Of a stretch of 64,000 nt of DNA, positions 40,460 through 49,947 are shown in pieces. The DNA is from a virus. Lineage: Duplodnaviria > Heunggongvirae > Uroviricota > Caudoviricetes. The stretch lies in IMG/VR virus record IMGVR_UViG_3300005613_000034. One strand, written 5' to 3'. Made by a program: the position numbers and the translations under genes. The notes below the pieces were generated by a model that searched no databases, was not told where the DNA came from, and saw only the letters and a list, made by a program, of their open reading frames with translations. Position 1 is the stretch's first letter. Every line of letters starts with the position of its first letter.

Positions 40460-40627
40460 AATATTACCTCTTCAAAATTACAATCAAAATCATCTAAATT
40501 TCCACCTTTATATTTATTCTTACAAACAGGGCAAACAATCTTAATATCTTTATCACCATATTTAATAATATCTTTACTCAAAATAACATTACACTTTTCA
40601 CACTTCAACATATCCAATTCAATACTC

Positions 40628-40646
40628 ATCTATTTCAACTCCTTTA
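40628..40646 (-). repeat. conserved gene-junction motif copy (distant, 40 kb from array)
   Basis: catctatttcaactccttt followed by attaattccttaactc, as at 266-300. Confidence 0.8.
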
Positions 40647-40908
40647 TTAATTCCTTAACTCTTTCCTCATCAATCTCAACACAACGCAAAAAATCCCTTT
40701 TTCTTTTATCTCCATCTCCAATTCCAATAAAATTATTCTTTATTGCTTTATCCCAACAATCATTTAAATAAATAGAATAAGCCTTTGCAAATCCAATAGC
40801 ATTATCTTCCCACAAAAAATCAAACAAATCATCAACAAGAACAGCATCTTTACAATAACCTATTTGCCCACCAAAACTTTTCTTTTCCAAAAACTCTCTC
40901 ATACCCAT
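40630..40908 (-). CDS. hypothetical protein, cassette family (paralog of 275..613)
   Basis: shared MGMREFL start and RVKELIKELK end plus flanking junction motifs. Confidence 0.6.
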   Translation of the reverse strand: MGMREFLEKKSFGGQIGYCKDAVLVDDLFDFLWEDNAIGFAKAYSIYLNDCWDKAIKNNFIGIGDGDKRKRDFLRCVEIDEERVKELIKELK

Positions 40909-40925
40909 TCTATTTCAACTCCTTT
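40906..40925 (-). repeat. conserved gene-junction motif copy (distant)
   Basis: cattctatttcaactccttt at start of 40630..40908. Confidence 0.8.
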
Positions 40926-41121
40926 ATAATAATTTTTTTCTAATATATCCAACGCGGACATAATCTTCATAACTAATGTCTTTCATAAAATCTAAATCTT
41001 TAATTGTTCCCCCACCCCGCCTAACAATATCATGTAAATCCGCAACATTAATATATTGATTATCCGCTAAATGTTTTAAACTATGTTTTACAAATTTTTT
41101 ATTCTTCATATCCAACACCAA
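40924..41121 (-). CDS. hypothetical protein (65 aa)
   Basis: ORF upstream of junction motif. Confidence 0.35.
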   Translation of the reverse strand: MVLDMKNKKFVKHSLKHLADNQYINVADLHDIVRRGGGTIKDLDFMKDISYEDYVRVGYIRKKLL

Positions 41122-41282
41122 AAATAATTACATTTCCATTATCAGAATCTTGTTCAACATATGTTTCTTTATATATGTTATTCCATTCTTCATCTGATGC
41201 AACTTTCACTTCTTCGTTTTCATCTACTGATTTTAATAGTTTTATTAATTCTTTTACTTTCATTTATTTCACCTCGCTTTAG

Positions 41283-41344
41283 TGGATAGAGAAGGATTCG
41301 AACCCTCTAACGCGTAATGTTTAGCACCTCTAAACTATCTATCC
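41283..41344 (-). ncRNA. tRNA-like minihelix / degenerate tRNA (acceptor stem + T-arm intact; D and anticodon arms replaced by one short hairpin)
   Basis: 5' GGATAGA / 3' TCTATCC-A acceptor; T-arm GAGGG-TTCGAAT-CCTTC; 62 nt total, too short for a canonical tRNA; overlaps ligase stop. Confidence 0.45.
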
Positions 41345-42438
41345 ATCGGATTTATATTGATTGCTACTGGAAATCGCGGCACCCCGTCTTCCGAAAGGTT
41401 TTGGTATCGGATTGTTGCGAGCTTACCTATATATTTATCTTTGTCAATCAACAATTGTTTGTAGTATTCTTCGCCCCCTTTAATTCCTGCACCAAATTCT
41501 TTTCCATTTTTATCAATAACAATCAATTTTCCTGCCATCCCCGAACGATTACCACTACCCTCAACAATATCTTTTATAACAAATTCTTCATCCACAAACT
41601 CTTTATATTTCAAAAGATATTTACTTCTCTTATTTTCATATTCAGAATTTGGAATTCTAACCATAACTCCCTCATATCCTTGTCTTACATAATTATCGTG
41701 AGCCGCCTGAACTTCTAAATGATTATTAGCTTCTTCATTTTCAACAAATTTTAAATATTTCATATCCCCAAACTTATTGATTTCATCTTTAATTAAATTA
41801 AATCTATTTACAAAATTCCAAGTTTCATTTTTCATATCACCATCAAAAATCCAATACTTAATCAATTTTTCGCTATCGGCTAAATCTTGACTTGTTGGTT
41901 TTTGTTGTTTAACTAATGAAATAACTTTTTCAAATGTTTCATCGTGTGCATAAACTTCTCCGTCTATAATCCAGTCCGGATGTTCATCAAAGAACGGTTT
42001 TAATGCTTTGCTTATATGTGGGCATGACTTATATTCTTTCCCATTCCTTGTATATAATCCATCTTTAGTTGCAATCATTCGACACCCATCTATTTTTGGG
42101 CTTACCAAAACCGGAAACGGAACACTATCTTTGTATTGAGTATATTTATGTGCTAACATAGGGTCAAAATATTTCTTTGCCGTATCAATCGCGTTGATGT
42201 CTTCGGTGTATCCTTTATCAATTTTCTTCTGCCATTTTGCTTTGGCTTCAAGCTGTGCTTGTTCTTCGGGTGTCGTTTCATTACTTCGCCCAATATTTTT
42301 TCCTTCACAAATAGTAGGCTTTGATTGAATCAATTTTCCCCCAACTTGCCCAATTATTGTATAAAAGGTATTTCCTTTAACAACAATTTCGTATTGTTGT
42401 ATTGCACCCGTTGTTGTTCTTTTATATATCTTATTCAT
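41335..42438 (-). CDS. ATP-dependent DNA ligase
   Basis: motif I KIDGCR; motif III-like KYWIFDG; EGVMVR; LLKYK motif V. Confidence 0.85.
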   Translation of the reverse strand: MNKIYKRTTTGAIQQYEIVVKGNTFYTIIGQVGGKLIQSKPTICEGKNIGRSNETTPEEQAQLEAKAKWQKKIDKGYTEDINAIDTAKKYFDPMLAHKYTQYKDSVPFPVLVSPKIDGCRMIATKDGLYTRNGKEYKSCPHISKALKPFFDEHPDWIIDGEVYAHDETFEKVISLVKQQKPTSQDLADSEKLIKYWIFDGDMKNETWNFVNRFNLIKDEINKFGDMKYLKFVENEEANNHLEVQAAHDNYVRQGYEGVMVRIPNSEYENKRSKYLLKYKEFVDEEFVIKDIVEGSGNRSGMAGKLIVIDKNGKEFGAGIKGGEEYYKQLLIDKDKYIGKLATIRYQNLSEDGVPRFPVAININPMDR

Positions 42439-42637
42439 TTAAATCTTCTCCATATATTTCTTTTAAATTTTCAATATCTTCATCATCAAGTTCAATAATT
42501 TTAATAGTAACCCCACATTCTAAACAATGATATATTTCTTCACCCTGTCCAAAATATCCTTCTATCATTTTTTTATTACATTTTGTACAATTCATTTTTA
42601 TGCCCCCGCTAAAATTAATCCTGTTAATATTCCACAT
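42431..42637 (-). CDS. zinc-ribbon protein
   Basis: CTKCN...CLECG. Confidence 0.4.
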   Translation of the reverse strand: MWNINRINFSGGIKMNCTKCNKKMIEGYFGQGEEIYHCLECGVTIKIIELDDEDIENLKEIYGEDLNE

Positions 42638-42668
42638 CCGAATATCATTATATATGTCATATCTTCAC

Positions 42669-42899
42669 TCATTTTTTCATCTCCTTTTTAAACATACTAA
42701 AAGGATATTCCAAATTAGTATATTTCTCTGTTTTTCCATCCATTTGAAAAACTAATTCAACATCAGCATAAACTAATTCTTTCTCTTTATCTATTGTAAT
42801 ATTGTTTACATTAATATATCCACCATTACAATAATGTATTCCACTATGTCTTTCTTCATAAGTTTCAATTAATTCTTTAATTTCTTTTTTATTCATCAT
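42669..42899 (-). CDS. hypothetical protein (76 aa)
   Basis: ORF. Confidence 0.35.
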   Translation of the reverse strand: MMNKKEIKELIETYEERHSGIHYCNGGYINVNNITIDKEKELVYADVELVFQMDGKTEKYTNLEYPFSMFKKEMKK

Positions 42900-43394
42900 T
42901 TTAATCCTCCTCTAATACCAATTATTCCAATAACCATATTCTTTTTCAAATAAAGTTTTAAGATATTCAGCTTGTTCTAAATTACCTTCACAATATCTTG
43001 CATTATAACATTCATTTAAAAGCAATGCCTCTCCTTCATCTTCTATCTCTTGAATATCATTATACATATCTATATCATTAGCCATCTAAATTAACCTCCC
43101 GCTCTCCATTTAATTTATTTATAATAGATGTATAATCATTTACATCATTTTCCATTTCTATTTTTATATCTAATGCAGATAATAAAATATTTATTTCATT
43201 ATTATCTAATTCAATCATTTTTTCACCTCTTTATAGTTCTGCTACTATTTCTTCTTCAATTTCTTCTCCACATAAAGGGCATTTATAAACGGTAGTTTCT
43301 TCTTCATAATCATATTCAATACCATTATAATTTCCCTCAACAGAAAATTCAACATAAAAAATTTTCTCCCCACAATTAGGGCATTCAATACTCA

Positions 43395-43745
43395 TTAATA
43401 TTCACCTCCAATAATTTCAAAATCATTATTTGGTTCTGGTTCATAATCATATTCTGAACGAATTGAATACGCACCCAGATTTGAATTTATTATTTCACAT
43501 AATTTACCAAGATTTTCCATTGACGTTCCCATGTATCTTGTGAACCCATGCGCATTTCCTTTTTTATAAATATATAAATATGCATAATTACCATTTGAAG
43601 GAACCCCATTCTCATCAATATTTCTAATCCCCCAAGTTTTATAATTTTTATCATCGCTATATATAGTTGCGTATGGGGATAAAGATAATATTGTATCGAT
43701 TGTTTTATAAGGTAAATCCGATTTAAAATCATAATCTGTACTCAT
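43395..43745 (-). CDS. hypothetical protein (116 aa)
   Basis: ORF. Confidence 0.4.
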   Translation of the reverse strand: MSTDYDFKSDLPYKTIDTILSLSPYATIYSDDKNYKTWGIRNIDENGVPSNGNYAYLYIYKKGNAHGFTRYMGTSMENLGKLCEIINSNLGAYSIRSEYDYEPEPNNDFEIIGGEY

Positions 43746-43757
43746 ATTTTTATCCTC

Positions 43758-44036
43758 CTATAAAAAATCCGCTAATAATTTCCCGAAAAATTTTTCGTCA
43801 TTATTTTTTAGATAATGCATTATACAATTAAAATGAATTAGCGTTTTTTTATCTATTGTTTTTTTATCAAAAATACTTTTAGAGTTTTCAACTATAACAA
43901 AAACCGTTTCTTTATTTTTAATTTTGTTTTCACATACACTACAAACACAATCCCCAAATATACTTTTATCAAAATCTGGGGCTATTCCAAGATGGCTTCC
44001 ACTATTAAACTCATTTATTTTTTCTTTTCTTGGCAT
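43758..44036 (-). CDS. Cys-containing hypothetical protein (92 aa)
   Basis: CVCSVCEN... Confidence 0.35.
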   Translation of the reverse strand: MPRKEKINEFNSGSHLGIAPDFDKSIFGDCVCSVCENKIKNKETVFVIVENSKSIFDKKTIDKKTLIHFNCIMHYLKNNDEKFFGKLLADFL

Positions 44037-44221
44037 TTTTTATTCCTCCTTTTAACAGATATTTCTTTAAAAGTTTCAATACAATTTTCACATATATCAA
44101 GAACTTCTTCTGTATTGACTAAGAACCACCCGCGTTTCAATAAAGCATATTCATGAAATTCTTCTGGTTTTATTTCTTTATCACATAAATCACATATTAT
44201 TGTATGTTTTTTCATATTCAA
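44015..44221 (-). CDS. zinc-ribbon-like protein (68 aa)
   Basis: CDLCDK...CENC. Confidence 0.35.
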   Translation of the reverse strand: MNMKKHTIICDLCDKEIKPEEFHEYALLKRGWFLVNTEEVLDICENCIETFKEISVKRRNKKCQEKKK

Positions 44222-44547
44222 TCCTCCAAAAATGTTTTCAAATCTTTTTTAAAATCTTTTAAATCAGATTCTGAAAAATCATATAATTGCCCACGCCCAT
44301 CCACATCAGCTTCTTTAAACCACATATCAATAAATTCGTCTAAAGAAACTTTCTCTTCTTTATACCCTTCTATTTCACCAATAAATACTCCGGCGTCATC
44401 AAGTTTATATAACTCAATCATTTCGTTTGGAGTCATTCCAAATTCATTGGCTATTCCATATTGACTTTCGGGGGATAAATCTTCCCACTGAATTCCTATT
44501 TTAACTTTTTTTGTTTTTGTATATATTCCCATTTTAAATACCTCCAA
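44218..44547 (-). CDS. hypothetical acidic protein (109 aa)
   Basis: ORF, ATGA overlap. Confidence 0.4.
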   Translation of the reverse strand: MEVFKMGIYTKTKKVKIGIQWEDLSPESQYGIANEFGMTPNEMIELYKLDDAGVFIGEIEGYKEEKVSLDEFIDMWFKEADVDGRGQLYDFSESDLKDFKKDLKTFLED

Positions 44548-44551
44548 GTAT

Positions 44552-45457
44552 TTATATTTTGTTTAATAATATATATTTACCCGCAATCTTTTTAAGTTCT
44601 TCGTTTATATTTTCCATATGCTGTTTATGGGTTTTAATGTATTCAATATTTTCATTTATAAGAGAAATTATTTCATCTTTATAAAATATTGCAATTATTT
44701 TACTTTCTTTTCTATCCCAAGAAATTTTTTGATTATAATAATTAAATATATCTCTGGTTTGATATCCTTTATTTCTTCCAATAGATACTCCATTTCCAGT
44801 TAAATACAATTTATCTTGTTCATGTAATTCTTGGTAATAATATCCAAAAAATTTTGTATTAAAAGAGTCTTTTGTTATATTACTAATTTCATTTAGTTTT
44901 TCTTGTGGTATATTTATTTCAATATTTTTATAACAATCCATTTTATTATTTATTAATATTTTTTTTATTTTTTCTAAACAGATTTTTCCCTCGTCAGTCA
45001 TAACTTCTTTTATATCATTAAAAAGAATTTCGTTATTAAAAAATCCCCAAAAAGAATAATCTCCATCAAACAAAGAACCTAATGTTGTTATATTTCCATT
45101 TTGATTCCACGCATACCCTATTCCTTTTTTTGATATTTGAATATATCTTCCTGTATAATGTAATTGTCCTAAATGAGTTTTGGTTTGTTTTTTATAAAAA
45201 AATTTTATTATATTATTTATATCATTAGCTATTAAATGTTCTTTTGAATAATATTCTAAATATTTTAAATTATTAATATAAGTTGTTTCAATTTCTTTAA
45301 TAACATTAGAATTATTTATTAATATTTTATCAACTTTATTTTCTGCATTCTGTGAATTTTCATCTCTCATCTTTGTTATTATATTTTCAATTTTATCTTG
45401 TTCTTTTCTGTATGTTAAATTAATATTATTTATATCTTCTATTAATTTTTTATCCAT
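44552..45457 (-). CDS. tandem paralog A of unknown family (KFFYKKxTKT / ISK(K/R)GIG motifs)
   Basis: NNIIKFFYKKQTKT...IQISKKGIGY; C-terminal GKYILLNKI. Confidence 0.55.
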   Translation of the reverse strand: MDKKLIEDINNINLTYRKEQDKIENIITKMRDENSQNAENKVDKILINNSNVIKEIETTYINNLKYLEYYSKEHLIANDINNIIKFFYKKQTKTHLGQLHYTGRYIQISKKGIGYAWNQNGNITTLGSLFDGDYSFWGFFNNEILFNDIKEVMTDEGKICLEKIKKILINNKMDCYKNIEINIPQEKLNEISNITKDSFNTKFFGYYYQELHEQDKLYLTGNGVSIGRNKGYQTRDIFNYYNQKISWDRKESKIIAIFYKDEIISLINENIEYIKTHKQHMENINEELKKIAGKYILLNKI

Positions 45458-45475
45458 GCGCTTCCCTCCAGATAA

Positions 45476-46282
45476 TTATATTAGTTGTGTAGTAAAATAT
45501 TTTGCACCAAGTTGGTTAAAATCTTCTATAAATTTTTCAAAGGTTTTATTTTTATTTCTTGTGTCTTCTCCGTTTTCATTTACAAATTCTGTTATTTCAT
45601 TAATATAAATTCCAGTTAAAGTTTTAGATAAAAAAGAATCACTAAAGTTTATTGACTTATTTGAATAACAAAATAAATCTATAGTTGTTTCCCAAGTATC
45701 GGTAGCACTTGAAGACAATTGAATGTTTGGTTCATCTGTATCACATTCTAAATATAAATATTCAATTTCTTCTTCTTGGTTTCCTATTATTTTTTTAACA
45801 TTATCATCTAATACAATTTTCATTGACTTATCTTTTATTTCACCACTATCTAAATTTTTATTTTTTTCAATTAATTTTTTTAATTTTTCAAAAAAATCTT
45901 TACCTTCATCATTAAGATTTTTTATAAGATTTTTATATACAGATTTTGTTGTTAAAATGTATTCTAATGAATTATCTTTTCCAAATAAATCTTCTAAAAG
46001 TTTCATATTTCCAAATCCATAAACAAATCCTATTCCTCTTTTAGATATTTGATAATTAATGCTACTAAGATATTGAGTTGGTTTTTTATAAAATGTTGTT
46101 TTCGTTGGCTTTTTATAAAAAAATTTTATAATACTATTCAATTGTTTTAACATTTTTTCTTTATTTTCATTATTATAATAATGTCTTAATTTTATGCTTT
46201 CCAAATCATGTTTAAGTAATTCAGCATTCTTTTCGGCGTTATTATTAAATTCTATAATGTTTTCAACTTCTTTTGTATTCAT
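45476..46282 (-). CDS. tandem paralog B of same family
   Basis: LNSIIKFFYKKPTKT...YQISKRGIGF. Confidence 0.55.
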   Translation of the reverse strand: MNTKEVENIIEFNNNAEKNAELLKHDLESIKLRHYYNNENKEKMLKQLNSIIKFFYKKPTKTTFYKKPTQYLSSINYQISKRGIGFVYGFGNMKLLEDLFGKDNSLEYILTTKSVYKNLIKNLNDEGKDFFEKLKKLIEKNKNLDSGEIKDKSMKIVLDDNVKKIIGNQEEEIEYLYLECDTDEPNIQLSSSATDTWETTIDLFCYSNKSINFSDSFLSKTLTGIYINEITEFVNENGEDTRNKNKTFEKFIEDFNQLGAKYFTTQLI

Positions 46283-46296
46283 ATATTTCCCTCCAT

Positions 46297-47121
46297 TTAT
46301 AATGCTTTTATTAATAAATATTTTGAAGACAAATCATTAAATTCATTAATAAAGTTTTCCCATTTTTCATTTTCAACTTTCAATATTTTAGCGACATCGT
46401 TTGTAATCTTTTTTAATTCATCAAAATAAATTAATGTTATAATTTGACTATCAAAAGAGTTTGCATAATCAATACCTTTATAACCTTTCCCATATTGAAA
46501 CAACCTATATTCATTTCTAAAATAATCTTCTTTTTCATTACTATCAATCACATATAATTTAACTACCCCACGTTCGTTTACCATTTCAATTTTATTTATA
46601 TTTTCTGTGCCAGTAATTAAATTTACTAAACTATTTGATTCAATATCAAATACATCTTTTGTTGGTTTATATTTTAATTCATATTTTTTAATTAAATTTT
46701 TAAGTTCTTTAAAATATGTTTTTCCATTATCGTTTAATTTTTCATACACTTCATTAAACAACTCTTCGTTTTCAAAAACAATTGCCATAGGATAGTCTTC
46801 ATCAAAAAACTTATAAAATAATTCCATATTAGAACCCGAATAATACCCAGTTCCTATTCCTCGTTTTGAAAATTGAATGTGTCTTTCGGGATTGTATCCC
46901 CTATTATTATCATTTAATTTATATTTTTTAAGTTCTGTTTTTGTTTGTTTAGAATAAAAAAACTTCATAATATTATTTATATCAGAAGCTATTTTTTTAT
47001 TTGACTCATACCCATTATCAGAAAATAAAGTTATCGTATCTAAATCTTCTTTTAATTCATTAATTTTATCTCTGTTTTTTACTATATATTCTTCTGTTTG
47101 TTTAAATGTTGTGCAATCCAT
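46297..47121 (-). CDS. tandem paralog C of same family
   Basis: INNIMKFFYSKQTKT...IQFSKRGIGT. Confidence 0.55.
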   Translation of the reverse strand: MDCTTFKQTEEYIVKNRDKINELKEDLDTITLFSDNGYESNKKIASDINNIMKFFYSKQTKTELKKYKLNDNNRGYNPERHIQFSKRGIGTGYYSGSNMELFYKFFDEDYPMAIVFENEELFNEVYEKLNDNGKTYFKELKNLIKKYELKYKPTKDVFDIESNSLVNLITGTENINKIEMVNERGVVKLYVIDSNEKEDYFRNEYRLFQYGKGYKGIDYANSFDSQIITLIYFDELKKITNDVAKILKVENEKWENFINEFNDLSSKYLLIKAL

Positions 47122-47123
47122 TT

Positions 47124-48314
47124 TTAATCCTCCATTTCAAATAAAATTGATTTACCATATTTTGGGCGTTCACAATTATTATCTGTTAAAACAAAAATTG
47201 TTTTCCCAAATTTATAATCAACTTGATTAATATCACTATATCCATCTGTAAAACAAACCAAAACATTAGTTCTGTTTTTCTTTACATAATCCATTATAGG
47301 TTGATGACTTGTTCCACCACCACCAACCGGCTTAAGATTCTTTATATCACGCAAATTCATATTATTAAATGAATATTCTTTTTTTAATTCATCATCGTGA
47401 TATAACACTTTAACTTTAATATTATGGAATGAATTTACAATATTATATATTTGTCCTAAGAACATACTCAATTCTTTGTTTCTGATTGAGCCACTTGTGT
47501 CTATTGCTATTGTAATATCCATACTTTCTTTTTGAATATAAGGCATATAAACTCCCGTTGAAAAACTTCTTTTTGATGGGCGTGAATATGAATAGTTATG
47601 CCCGATTTCATTAGTCATATATCTTGCAAGAAGCGTTTTCCAATTTACTTTATTTGATAAAGTTAATTCAACCAATCTATCAAAATCAGCACTTCCTTTT
47701 CCTTGTGTTTTTGCAAACGCACTTGCTTCTGCTAATACCTGTTTCCAATCAGTTTCAATTTCAAGTCCTTCTGTTTGTCCTTGTTGCCCAACTTCATTTT
47801 TATTATCTTCATCTTCTGATATATGAATATCAAACCCTTTTAAAAGTTCTTTAAGTTTTTCTTTTTCATCTACCAAAGGTTGAAGTTCTTTATAAATCAT
47901 TTCTGCTGTTTTTTTATCTATATCATTTATTGTTATAGATAATATTTCTATTTGATTATTTCTTGGAACTAATCCTTTTGGTAATTGCATTTTTCCATTA
48001 CTTATCATATTATTTACAACAATATCAGTAGCCCAATTAAACATTTGTGCATCTCTTTTATCTCGTCTTTTAATATGTTCTAACGCACAATGCATTGCTT
48101 CATGGCAAAGAACCCCTTCAAGTTCTTCGTCAGATAATTTCATTACCCATTCAGTGTTGAAATAACAAGTTCCATATTGATTAACCCCCATAGTTGGAAC
48201 TCCTTTATTATCTTCTACAAAGCCCATATGATTTGTAATAAAAGAAAAGAACGGGGCTTTTTCATATAGTTGTATTTTTGCTCTTATTATTCTTTCTTTC
48301 GCCGTTAAACCCAT
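47124..48314 (-). CDS. VWA-domain protein with N-terminal HExxH metallopeptidase-like region (partner of MoxR ATPase)
   Basis: CHEAMHCALEH; MIDAS AIDTSGS; C-terminal VWA-like fold. Confidence 0.7.
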   Translation of the reverse strand: MGLTAKERIIRAKIQLYEKAPFFSFITNHMGFVEDNKGVPTMGVNQYGTCYFNTEWVMKLSDEELEGVLCHEAMHCALEHIKRRDKRDAQMFNWATDIVVNNMISNGKMQLPKGLVPRNNQIEILSITINDIDKKTAEMIYKELQPLVDEKEKLKELLKGFDIHISEDEDNKNEVGQQGQTEGLEIETDWKQVLAEASAFAKTQGKGSADFDRLVELTLSNKVNWKTLLARYMTNEIGHNYSYSRPSKRSFSTGVYMPYIQKESMDITIAIDTSGSIRNKELSMFLGQIYNIVNSFHNIKVKVLYHDDELKKEYSFNNMNLRDIKNLKPVGGGGTSHQPIMDYVKKNRTNVLVCFTDGYSDINQVDYKFGKTIFVLTDNNCERPKYGKSILFEMED

Positions 48315-48327
48315 TACATCACCTCCG

Positions 48328-49398
48328 TTATGCTAAATATTTTATATATTCTTTACTCAATGGTTCCCATTCTTTTAGTTTTAACAACTCTGTTCCAATT
48401 CTTGTTGGACGATATGCCTTACATAATTTCAATGTTATAGCAACAAATTCTGGGTCGAATTTATGACATATTTTAATTATTGATTTCAAACTATCTGGTT
48501 TTGATGCATACTTACTTGCAAATCCTCCAGCCAAAGCATATTTTGTATCAACCCTTTCTGGTGTCTTAAACTTTTCCGGTTCAGCAAGAATTTTATCAAT
48601 ATTCAATTTCTCTTGCATTTTTCTATATGCAATAAATTCTGTTGCTACACCATCTCCAACACACGAAGCCAATAACATTTTTTCTTCTTTTTCATTCAGA
48701 TTAAGTTTTACTTTCAAATTATTGCTTCCCATTTCCCAACTTCTTGGGGTTCCAAATGCATCTTGCGACTTTTCGGGGTCGAAGTTATGCAAATATTCTC
48801 CTTTGAAATTAATAAAACTGATTACATCTGGGTGAATATTGTTTTGTGTTGCCCACGCAATCCATTCATCTGGTGTTGGTTTTCTTAATGTTAGATGTGT
48901 AAATCTATTACATAGTGGGGCAGGCATATCAAAGATATTTGCTTTATCTTCTGTTCCATTTCCCGCTGATATAATTAACCAACCTTCTGGTATTTCTATA
49001 TCATCTATTTTTCTATCTCTGATTATTTGATAAGCCGCGGCTTGAACACTTGGGTTAGCCAAATTCAGTTCATCAAAGAACCATATGCCGTGTGAGTTTC
49101 CTCGTGGCATTGTAGTTGGTTTTAACCAATTAGTTGTTCCATTTTTTAAATCAGGAACGGGTATTCCTCTTAAGTCAGTTGGTTCATATTGACTTAATCT
49201 GCTGTCTATTAAACCGAATTTTCCTTCTTCCCAGCCGTTTTCAACAAATTCCATTTTCTTTTCTTCGGCAATGGTTTTTGCTACGGCTTTTATAATATCC
49301 GATTTTCCAATACCCATTGTTCCTTTAATGTGTAATGGTTGTTTTGTTTCGTAAGCAACTCTTATTGCTCGTTCTAATTCTTTATGGTTTACTTCCAA
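48328..49398 (-). CDS. MoxR-like AAA+ ATPase
   Basis: Walker A GTMGIGKS; Walker B IWFFDELN; 13-nt gap to VWA gene. Confidence 0.8.
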   Translation of the reverse strand: MEVNHKELERAIRVAYETKQPLHIKGTMGIGKSDIIKAVAKTIAEEKKMEFVENGWEEGKFGLIDSRLSQYEPTDLRGIPVPDLKNGTTNWLKPTTMPRGNSHGIWFFDELNLANPSVQAAAYQIIRDRKIDDIEIPEGWLIISAGNGTEDKANIFDMPAPLCNRFTHLTLRKPTPDEWIAWATQNNIHPDVISFINFKGEYLHNFDPEKSQDAFGTPRSWEMGSNNLKVKLNLNEKEEKMLLASCVGDGVATEFIAYRKMQEKLNIDKILAEPEKFKTPERVDTKYALAGGFASKYASKPDSLKSIIKICHKFDPEFVAITLKLCKAYRPTRIGTELLKLKEWEPLSKEYIKYLA

Positions 49399-49748
49399 AC
49401 AAATCCCTCCTTGTGTTTGTAAATATTATTCTTTTTGTGATACAGCTAATGCTGTTCCTACAAATATAATAATTGATGTTTCATCTATTGAAAATTGCCC
49501 ATTAGTTAGTGTTTGTATTATATAAGCAATTATAATTTGCATTATTAATACTATAAAATATGCTTTATTCATTTTACCACCCAATATTCTATGAATGCTG
49601 TATAACTAAGTCTTGTTTCAGTATATGTAATTCTTTTTACATCTTCTTTTGATAAAATCTTATTTACTTCATTTTCAAATTCTTCTGGAAATTCTCTTGT
49701 TATTATTTTTAATTTTAGTTTTCTATCTTTATATGGTAATCCAACCAT

Positions 49749-49931
49749 TTATTTCATCTCCTTATTTGCAAATTTTCTTGCGTCTTTAAAAATTCTTTTA
49801 GCACAATCTTTACATATACGGGCGTGTAATTCTTCCCCAAATATATCGTATACTAAAGATTTCAGCTCTTCTCCTTTCCAAAGTGAAGTTTTGTTTTCTT
49901 TTCCACAACTATCGCAGTATTCTTTTTTCAT
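49749..49931 (-). CDS. zinc-ribbon protein (60 aa)
   Basis: CDSCG...CKDC. Confidence 0.4.
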   Translation of the reverse strand: MKKEYCDSCGKENKTSLWKGEELKSLVYDIFGEELHARICKDCAKRIFKDARKFANKEMK

Positions 49932-49947
49932 AATTAAATCCCTCCAA

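Noticed and set aside
41283-41344. A canonical, decoding tRNA gene
   Set aside because: Only 62 nt. The acceptor and T-arm are present, but there is no room for both a D-arm and a 17-nt anticodon arm. It is kept as a tRNA-like element only.
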